Shown: positions 61,201 to 64,000 of the stretch, piece after piece
How the letters are laid out: every line of letters begins with the position of its first letter
Position numbering within the stretch: position 1 is the stretch's first letter
Source: Paraspadella gotoi
Lineage: Eukaryota > Animalia > Chaetognatha
NCBI GenBank assembly: GCA_051294375.1
Contig: CM119268.1
Location: 20,192,531-20,256,530 of the forward strand
DNA length: 64,000 nt
Direction: 5' to 3'
The notes under the pieces: generated by a model
What the model was told of the DNA's origin: nothing
What the model saw: the letters and a program-made list of their open reading frames with translations, nothing else
Databases searched by the model: none
Made by a program: the position numbers and the translations under genes

Positions 61201-64000
61201 CGCATTCGCGAGCGAGAAAGACAGCGACAAAGGAACGCAGCGGCTTCAGCGGCGCTTATGGGCGGCGCGGCGTCCTCGTCGTCCTCAGTGGCCGGCGCTG
61301 CTTCAACGTCGCCGGCGCCGAGAACCTCAACGGCAGCATCGATGGTGTCGGACATAAGCCGAAGTTTGAGGGTGGCCCTCGACGACGCTGACATTCTGAG
61401 TAATGACATTGTTAACCTGATATTTTACTGATTAATGACCTTTACTTTTATTTCCTTCTTACTCAGGTTCCAGCTCTTCACGTCGCAGTCTACCCGTCTC
61501 CAGCTCTCACAGTATGCTATTCTTTTTTGTTTTCGTGATGACAACACAGTATTTATTAGCTCATTATCTGATCACCTCGTTTTATTTCCCCCACAGAAAT
61601 CAATCATTCAAACTCTCTGCCCATCACGTCGACGAGCGTTTCAAGCAGCGGCGGCACCGACATGGCGCCGGTTCTTCCTTCTGGCGGACCTGGCACCGAG
61701 CCACCTCTTCCTGGTGCCCCGGACCAATTTGCCCAGAGATTCGGAGGTTCGTCCGGGGGGAAAAGTTCTCGAAAAGAGAGTGAGGGAAAAAATCTTATCA
61801 TTAAAAGCTCCTGCAATCACTCCGCTATTCATTCGTCCAATCCACTCCTTTACTCACTTATCCAATTCGTTCCTTTATTCATTCATCCAATCACTCCTTT
61901 ATTCTCTTATCCTATCCCTCCTTCAATCTCTCGGCGCTTTCGACCTTCAGGAAGTCGCCGAGTGTTGAACTACGATGCCCGACCCTTCGTGCCGGCCGGA
62001 GGACCCGCGCTCGCCTCCGTCACCGAAACTGGTACCATGTCCCCACGGGTGGTCACGATGCATCAGTCGTTAAAACTATTTTTATTCCAAGTTCTTGACT
62101 CTTTTTTTTTCCCTCGAAATTACGAAGAAAATCTCCATCCCACAAAATCGATAATCATTAATGATCCACCCTAAAAGTTTCACGGTCTTTTCACAACCCT
62201 CTTTCCTCTCTCCAGGATCCCCTTCAAACGCATCGTCAGATGCGGGGACCAGCACGGGTCCGAGTCCCACCAACAGCCACCTCGACCCCCACAAGATCGA
62301 ACTCGGCAACAGACTCTACCCCAAAGTGTTCCAGATGCAGCCTGCCCTCGCGGGGAAAATCACTGGTAAGTCAGAAAAAATGGTTTGAAAAACTCGTCGG
62401 GTTGATTTGTTTTGAATTTATAATATTTTTTATCGTCACAATCGCTTAGCGTTTGCGACGATATTGTAACGCTTTTGCGCATAAGTGGCGTCGTCGTCGT
62501 CGGCGTTCTAAATTATAGATCGCCTTTTTTATGATTAAATTTGGGTGTATAAAGCTGAAAATTTATATACAGCTTCTCATCATCGATGTGCTTAAAATTG
62601 AGTCTGGACAGTTATTAAATATGTTTTGTTTACGTTTTATCAAAACAAACAAATTTTCTCTCTTTTTATATTTCTTTCTCTTTCTCTTTTAATTACATGT
62701 CTCTCTCCCTCTCTCTTTTCCCGAGTCACTGACTCATAGGGAAGAAAAACGACTCTGCAGGGGCTTATTCTTTTTCTCTCTTTTCTCCTGCTGCTTCAGC
62801 TGCTGTCTTTTGATTTCTTTCTTTTTTTCTTTTTCTCTCTCTCTGAGTTTTTAATAAAAAAAAATTGAAATAGGATTGAACTAGTAAAATCAGTTTTTTT
62901 TGTTATTTTTTTTATCAAGGGCTGCGTCTGCTGATTAGTTTATTTTTTGACAATGAAAATTTTTTTTTCTTCTTTTTTTTTCAGAAACTGTAACTTTAAT
63001 TTATAATTTATAAAATATAATTTTTTTTTTCTGTTTTCTCAAATTTTATTTTTTTTAGTATCAAAATTTGTCGTCAATCCATATTTTTCTTATGCGATTG
63101 CGACGATCCTTATGCTTTTAAGATTTTTTTCTTTGATTTCGTTCATGATTCCGCCCATTTTTCAATTTATCAGGTATGCTTCTGGAGATGTCGCCGGCGC
63201 AGATCCTCTTCCTATTGGCTTCGGACGAGAGTTTGAGGACGCGTTGCGATGAGGCCGTCGACGTCATCATCCAGCACGGCGGGAGGATGGAGGTTCGTCG
63301 AATTTTTGGGCCGAGGGTTATATCTGAAAAAAAAACTTGTGGTTATTTGTTGTCATTGTTACTCGCAGGTGGGCGCGTCGGCGACCCTCGTGACTTCGGG
63401 CGTCGGAGGCTCCGCGCCCGCTGATCCATCTGCGCCCGTCTCGACGGCGCCGTCGACCTCGGCTTCCACGGCCCCCGCCCCCGCCCATCATCATCAGCTC
63501 CTTAATGAGTTCGATCAAATCTTCACGCTTAATCCTTCCTCCGGTTCGTCAATGTTTGGAGGGAATTAATTGCCTGAAAAAAGAGTTGTGAGAAATTGAT
63601 TGTGACGATCTGGAAGAAGGTTATATGTATTATTTTCTTTTATACTCGAAAGGTTTGAACAAAAACTCTTTACTGACATTGATTTAATACAATGCAATTA
63701 AATTTAAAAAAAAAGGAGGAGCAACGATGACGACCTCCTCCTCCTCCTCCTCGGATAAACGGAAATCCTCCTCCTCCTCCCACAAATCCTCCTCCGGCGC
63801 GGCGCTGACGACCGTCGCTTCCACCGGCGAGTCCTCGACGTCGCGCGCGGCCCCGGCGTCGACGCCGGCCGACCTCGCGCCGACCCAGGACGATATGGAG
63901 GGCGAAGAGCCCGAAGACGGCGCCCCGCTCTTCTGGCAGCCCGGCAAGAGAGGCTTCTACTCGCCGAGGGCGCCGAAGGGCGGGACTCCGTCAGCGGAGA
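7615..64000 (+). CDS. UBR5: E3 ubiquitin-protein ligase UBR5/hyperplastic discs (multi-exon gene, partial: N-terminal exons upstream, HECT C-terminus downstream)
   Basis: About 43 exons joined by phase-consistent GT-AG introns. The spliced translation matches recalled UBR5/Hyd motifs in order: [88 protein letters not shown]-box, [99 protein letters not shown] domain, [15 protein letters not shown]. Confidence 0.97.
7877..8199 (+). CDS. UBR5: UBR5 exon ([14 protein letters not shown]...VPIGKVIK, with poly-Gly insert)
   Basis: cag acceptor and gtttgc donor; conserved UBR5 motifs. Confidence 0.92.
8291..8459 (+). CDS. UBR5: UBR5 exon ([10 protein letters not shown]...[10 protein letters not shown])
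   Basis: aag acceptor and gtaagt donor; conserved motif. Confidence 0.92.
8502..9366 (+). mobile_element. Helentron/DINE-1-like family A copy
   Basis: AGTCGGATCTGC...GCAGATCCGACATTGTTTGCTCAA termini; fills almost the whole intron. Confidence 0.7.
9395..9656 (+). CDS. UBR5: UBR5 exon ([12 protein letters not shown]...GKVEQES)
   Basis: Phase-consistent splice sites; conserved motif. Confidence 0.9.
9732..10985 (-). mobile_element. Dimeric copy of the TAGGA/TCCTA element with a 7-bp TSD
   Basis: Two tandem units (about 9732-10341 and 10346-10985) flanked by TAAAAAA on both sides. Confidence 0.7.
11134..11297. repeat. Dispersed ~160-bp repeat (also 25482-25612, 59528-59692, 59855-59945), possibly the 3' end of a retroposon
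   Basis: Near-identical copies share one boundary (TATGAAATTGGTACAACC) and vary at the other. Confidence 0.65.
12481..12719 (+). CDS. UBR5: UBR5 exon (FLGVDER...[13 protein letters not shown]...GIRDPWW)
   Basis: Phase 2 in, phase 1 out; gtgaga donor. Confidence 0.9.
12758..14595. mobile_element. Tc1/mariner-type non-autonomous element (TIR CAGAAGGCTTCATATTATAAAATGAGGTACCC, TA TSD)
   Basis: ~45-bp TIRs at both ends flanked by TA; no transposase ORF. Confidence 0.8.
14652..14746 (+). CDS. UBR5: UBR5 exon (...[14 protein letters not shown])
   Basis: aag acceptor, gtgaga donor, phase-consistent. Confidence 0.85.
14817..15067 (+). CDS. UBR5: UBR5 exon ([10 protein letters not shown]...[18 protein letters not shown])
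   Basis: Conserved motif and splice sites. Confidence 0.9.
15137..15270 (+). CDS. UBR5: UBR5 exon ([11 protein letters not shown])
   Basis: ttccag acceptor and gtaagg donor. Confidence 0.85.
16047..16301 (+). mobile_element. Solo LTR of the TRIM family
   Basis: TGTGGCGG...TTGCCATA with 4-bp TSD AAAC. Confidence 0.85.
18403..19124 (+). mobile_element. TAGGA/TCCTA DNA element copy
   Basis: Homologous to 1925-2641; no TSD evident. Confidence 0.7.
19624..19823 (-). mobile_element. tRNA-derived SINE (5'-truncated copy at about 45357-45497)
   Basis: 72-nt head with a perfect acceptor stem GCGGCCA/TGGCCGC and T-arm CCGGG/CCCGG, followed by a structured body shared with the second copy. Confidence 0.7.
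20920..21048 (+). CDS. UBR5: UBR5 exon (Ser/Gly/Arg-rich); an in-frame alternative acceptor could start it at 20866
   Basis: ttttcag acceptor, gtaaga donor, phase-consistent GC-rich block. Confidence 0.75.
21171..21316 (+). CDS. UBR5: UBR5 exon (...[13 protein letters not shown])
   Basis: tgcag acceptor; phase-consistent. Confidence 0.85.
21384..21610 (+). CDS. UBR5: UBR5 exon ([25 protein letters not shown])
   Basis: Conserved GxTPFMxAVxxRAYPAA motif. Confidence 0.92.
21678..21822 (+). CDS. UBR5: UBR5 exon, start of UBR-box ([17 protein letters not shown])
   Basis: Hand translation; gtaaga donor. Confidence 0.95.
21978..22191 (+). CDS. UBR5: UBR5 exon, UBR-box zinc finger ([10 protein letters not shown]...[17 protein letters not shown]...[10 protein letters not shown])
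   Basis: Canonical UBR5 UBR-type zinc finger. Confidence 0.97.
22283..22393 (+). CDS. UBR5: UBR5 exon ([18 protein letters not shown])
   Basis: Conserved motif; gtgagt donor. Confidence 0.93.
23087..23479 (+). CDS. UBR5: UBR5 exon ([15 protein letters not shown]...LDTLLTTL)
   Basis: Conserved motif; gtaagt donor. Confidence 0.94.
23691..23839 (+). CDS. UBR5: UBR5 exon ([17 protein letters not shown]...KCRR)
   Basis: Conserved motif; gtgagt donor. Confidence 0.93.
23934..24073 (+). CDS. UBR5: UBR5 exon (VFQSLL...[13 protein letters not shown])
   Basis: Hand translation; gtaagt donor. Confidence 0.93.
24170..24420 (+). CDS. UBR5: UBR5 exon ([10 protein letters not shown]...)
   Basis: Phase-consistent; gtgaga donor. 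Confidence 0.87.
24661..24840. mobile_element. Inverted pair of Penelope pseudo-LTR ends with a degenerate hammerhead (24746-24788)
   Basis: 24661-24727 is the reverse complement of 24776-24840; motif CTGATAA-AGACTC...GAGTC-GAAACATGTC. Confidence 0.6.
25697..25968 (+). CDS. UBR5: UBR5 exon, acidic ([24 protein letters not shown])
   Basis: Conserved [10 protein letters not shown]...SNHSNQ motif. Confidence 0.9.
27198..27222. other. Assembly gap (25 N)
   Basis: Run of N. Confidence 0.99.
27402..28003. mobile_element. hAT-type MITE (TIR TAAGGCGTAGT, 8-bp TSD CTACGCAG)
   Basis: TSD on both sides; paralogous empty site at about 43251; second copy at 60101-60749. Confidence 0.85.
28149..28185 (-). 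ncRNA. Minimal type-I hammerhead ribozyme motif in a Penelope pseudo-LTR
   Basis: CUGAUGA-A-GACUC(loop)GAGUC-GAAA-CAUG-UA, followed by AAUAAA. Confidence 0.65.
28606..29068. mobile_element. Fold-back MITE with long inverted arms (duplicated at about 33726-34190)
   Basis: TTTAAATAG..GTACTAGCGCGTCAGAAATC versus GATTTCTGACGCGCTAGTAC..CTATTTAAA, with arms of about 200 bp. Confidence 0.7.
29365..31894 (+). mobile_element. Non-autonomous DIRS1-like retrotransposon (ITRs, ICR 30090-30176, gag only)
   Basis: ~140-bp ITRs; an internal region complementary to both termini joined through AAT; ATT at both junctions; no RT or recombinase coding sequence. Confidence 0.88.
32801..33346 (+). pseudogene. 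Frameshifted duplicate of two UBR5 exons (32801-32927 and 33085-33346) inside the 5.1-kb tandem duplication
   Basis: Near-identical to 37931-38478 but with several 1-bp indels that break the frame. Confidence 0.75.
34487..37023 (+). mobile_element. Second (duplicated) copy of the DIRS1-like element; ICR at 35215-35302
   Basis: Same structure and the same flanks as 29365-31894. Confidence 0.88.
34898..36671 (+). pseudogene. DIRS gag-like ORF1: exon 34898-35076, putative intron 35077-35822, exon 35823-36671 with one frameshift near 36160
   Basis: GTGAGT donor and pyrimidine-rich CAG acceptor join in frame. The C-terminal RR...P...FFG motif and basic tail resemble DIRS gag. The copy at 4722 supplies the missing 10 nt. 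Confidence 0.6.
37931..38060 (+). CDS. UBR5: UBR5 exon ([20 protein letters not shown]...)
   Basis: Intact frame; matches the UBR5 TAATAGS motif. Confidence 0.88.
38218..38478 (+). CDS. UBR5: UBR5 exon (DEQLERR...NMQWAVR)
   Basis: Conserved MQWAVR motif; gtaagg donor. Confidence 0.9.
38798..39947 (+). mobile_element. Helentron/DINE-1-like family B (other copies ~41665-45000, 50446-51081, 53768-54991, 62431-63124)
   Basis: 5' subTIR ATCGTCGCAATCGC with a nearby inverted copy, 3' GCGATTGCGACGAT plus CTTATGCTTTTAAG hairpin, CT/CTG microsatellites, poly-T flanks. Confidence 0.72.
40189..40440 (+). mobile_element. Solo LTR of the TRIM family
   Basis: 4-bp TSD GTAC; inserted in the TIR of the mariner-type element, with the empty site visible at about 20771. 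Confidence 0.88.
40539..40919 (+). CDS. UBR5: UBR5 exon ([12 protein letters not shown]...[10 protein letters not shown])
   Basis: Conserved motifs; gtgagg donor. Confidence 0.93.
40995..41316 (+). CDS. UBR5: UBR5 exon ([20 protein letters not shown]...)
   Basis: Conserved motif; gtgagt donor. Confidence 0.93.
41391..41611 (+). mobile_element. LTR (41391-41595) plus primer-binding site of another LTR retrotransposon, truncated
   Basis: TG...CA ends, AATAAA, then TGGTGAGCCCCGTG after 2 nt. Confidence 0.65.
42096..44407. mobile_element. Non-autonomous TIR element (GACACAATGAAAAAT TIR, 4-bp TSD ATAA) nested in a family B element
   Basis: 15-bp perfect TIR; the empty site GTGTATAAAGCTG is seen at about 62546. 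Confidence 0.75.
45514..46251 (+). mobile_element. TRIM (terminal-repeat retrotransposon in miniature): LTR 45514-45769, internal 231 bp, LTR 46001-46251
   Basis: Two direct ~253-bp repeats, TGG-initiated PBS, G-rich tract before the 3' LTR, 4-bp TSD GCTT, no coding capacity. Confidence 0.88.
46355..46502 (+). CDS. UBR5: UBR5 exon ([20 protein letters not shown]...LKH)
   Basis: Hand translation matches the conserved motif. Confidence 0.93.
46619..46802 (+). CDS. UBR5: UBR5 exon ([13 protein letters not shown]...)
   Basis: Conserved start and gtgaga donor; may contain consensus errors. Confidence 0.85.
48044..49405 (-). repeat. Inverted duplication of about 45545-46886 (TRIM plus two UBR5 exons)
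   Basis: Reverse-complement match with frequent indels; ends at the N gap. Confidence 0.92.
48128..48580 (-). pseudogene. Inverted, indel-rich duplicate of UBR5 exons 46355-46502 and 46619-46802
   Basis: Reverse complement of 46355-46802, part of the inverted duplication 48044-49405. Confidence 0.75.
49406..49430. other. Assembly gap (25 N)
   Basis: Run of N. Confidence 0.99.
50105..50139 (+). ncRNA. Minimal type-I hammerhead ribozyme motif in a Penelope pseudo-LTR
   Basis: CUGAUGA-A-GGCUU(loop)GAGCC-GAAA-CAUG-UC, followed by AAUAAA. Confidence 0.65.
50235..50378 (+). CDS. UBR5: UBR5 exon (low complexity, ATVGDNPSE...IACT)
   Basis: GC-rich open block, phase 1 at both ends. Confidence 0.75.
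52440..53023 (+). repeat. ~19-bp minisatellite (GATGCGAGTGGAAAAAAT)n
   Basis: About 30 imperfect tandem units inside a family A element. Confidence 0.9.
54710..54880 (+). repeat. TTTC/CTATTCTTTC low-complexity tandem repeat
   Basis: Direct inspection. Confidence 0.85.
55105..56685. mobile_element. Inverted pair of Penelope-like pseudo-LTRs (left arm ~55105-55562, right arm 55677-56685 interrupted by a MITE); degenerate hammerhead at 55150-55185 (-)
   Basis: Long inverted repeat, with homology to the 28120-28420 and 49590-50180 pLTR-like sequences. Confidence 0.65.
55996..56583. mobile_element. hAT-type MITE (TIR TAGGGTGGAG/TAGAGTGGAG, 8-bp TSD CTGACCAC)
   Basis: TSD on both sides; the empty site is in the opposite arm of the inverted repeat (~55290). 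Confidence 0.82.
56946..57220 (+). mobile_element. Solo LTR of a second family sharing its 3' domain with the TRIM LTR
   Basis: TGTTGC...TTGCCATA with 4-bp TSD ATAG; the last ~100 bp are homologous to the TRIM LTR. Confidence 0.8.
57267..57457 (+). CDS. UBR5: UBR5 exon ([20 protein letters not shown]...[10 protein letters not shown])
   Basis: Conserved motif. Confidence 0.93.
57607..57792 (+). CDS. UBR5: UBR5 exon (LPTRLGL plus acidic tract); acceptor uncertain
   Basis: gtgagt donor. The acceptor is either GAG at 57606 or CAG at 57645. Confidence 0.7.
58139..58317 (-). mobile_element. Short Helentron/HINE-like element, family C
   Basis: TTAGTTGCG...GCAACTCTATAAGTCAC palindromic head followed by (GTCG)n on the minus strand. 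Confidence 0.55.
58344..58555 (+). CDS. UBR5: UBR5 exon (low complexity, ...QASVIVLA)
   Basis: cag acceptor; open frame; phase-consistent. Confidence 0.75.
58643..58823 (+). CDS. UBR5: UBR5 exon ([10 protein letters not shown]...)
   Basis: Phase-consistent; gtaaag donor. Confidence 0.75.
58913..59082 (+). CDS. UBR5: UBR5 exon (...[14 protein letters not shown])
   Basis: The 3' part is conserved; the 5' boundary is less certain. Confidence 0.75.
59157..59256 (+). CDS. UBR5: UBR5 exon ([33 protein letters not shown])
   Basis: Highly conserved motif. Confidence 0.95.
59338..59485 (+). CDS. UBR5: UBR5 exon ([12 protein letters not shown]...QQTMKQLN)
   Basis: Highly conserved motif. Confidence 0.94.
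60101..60749. mobile_element. hAT-type MITE, same family as 27402-28003
   Basis: 8-bp TSD GTGGACAC. Confidence 0.85.
60869..60966 (+). CDS. UBR5: UBR5 exon, HECT N-lobe start ([21 protein letters not shown])
   Basis: HECT signature as in UBR5. Confidence 0.95.
61037..61119 (+). CDS. UBR5: UBR5 exon ([14 protein letters not shown]...LIQR)
   Basis: Conserved EKLPNLE motif. Confidence 0.9.
61197..61399 (+). CDS. UBR5: UBR5 exon ([10 protein letters not shown]...); donor uncertain
   Basis: ccag acceptor; phase-1 donor gtaatg. Confidence 0.7.
61467..61511 (+). CDS. UBR5: UBR5 45-nt mini-exon (putative)
   Basis: ctcag acceptor, gtatgc donor, frame-preserving. Confidence 0.55.
61597..61779 (+). 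CDS. UBR5: UBR5 exon (Ser/Gly/Pro-rich)
   Basis: ccacag acceptor and gtgagg donor. Confidence 0.7.
61951..62031 (+). CDS. UBR5: UBR5 exon with PAM2-like motif ([13 protein letters not shown])
   Basis: LNxxAxxFxP PAM2-type motif just before the MLLE domain. Confidence 0.85.
62216..62365 (+). CDS. UBR5: UBR5 exon, MLLE/PABC N-part (LGNRLYPKV...AGKIT)
   Basis: MLLE signature. Confidence 0.95.
63174..63292 (+). CDS. UBR5: UBR5 exon, MLLE C-part ([22 protein letters not shown])
   Basis: KITGMLLE motif formed across the intron. Confidence 0.95.
63369..63543 (+). CDS. UBR5: UBR5 exon (low complexity)
   Basis: cgcag acceptor; phase-1 donor gttcgt. Confidence 0.7.
63716..64000 (+). CDS. UBR5: UBR5 exon running off the window ([18 protein letters not shown])
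   Basis: Conserved motif of the HECT region. Confidence 0.92.

Overview
Eukaryotic (metazoan, probably invertebrate) genomic DNA with AT-rich introns and GC-rich exons. The window lies inside one large plus-strand gene, a UBR5/hyperplastic discs (hyd) HECT E3 ubiquitin ligase. I traced about 43 phase-consistent GT-AG exons from ~7615 to the window end, covering the UBR-box zinc finger, a PAM2-like motif, the MLLE/PABC domain and HECT-proximal sequence. The 5' and 3' ends of the gene lie outside the window. The introns are packed with mobile DNA: a non-autonomous, gag-only DIRS1-type retroelement (inverted terminal repeats, an internal complementary region and ATT junctions) whose ICR appears to sit inside a spliceosomal intron of gag; a 738-bp TRIM plus related solo LTRs with 4-bp TSDs and a conserved structured 3' domain; a Penelope-like RT fragment and pseudo-LTRs carrying minimal hammerhead ribozymes; a tRNA-derived SINE; Helentron/DINE-1-like elements; and TA-, 4-, 7- and 8-bp-TSD MITEs. 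Two 25-N gaps are accompanied by a 5.1-kb tandem duplication and a 1.35-kb inverted duplication. Both copy UBR5 exons with many indels and are probably long-read gap-filling artefacts. All calls were made by eye, with no database searches.
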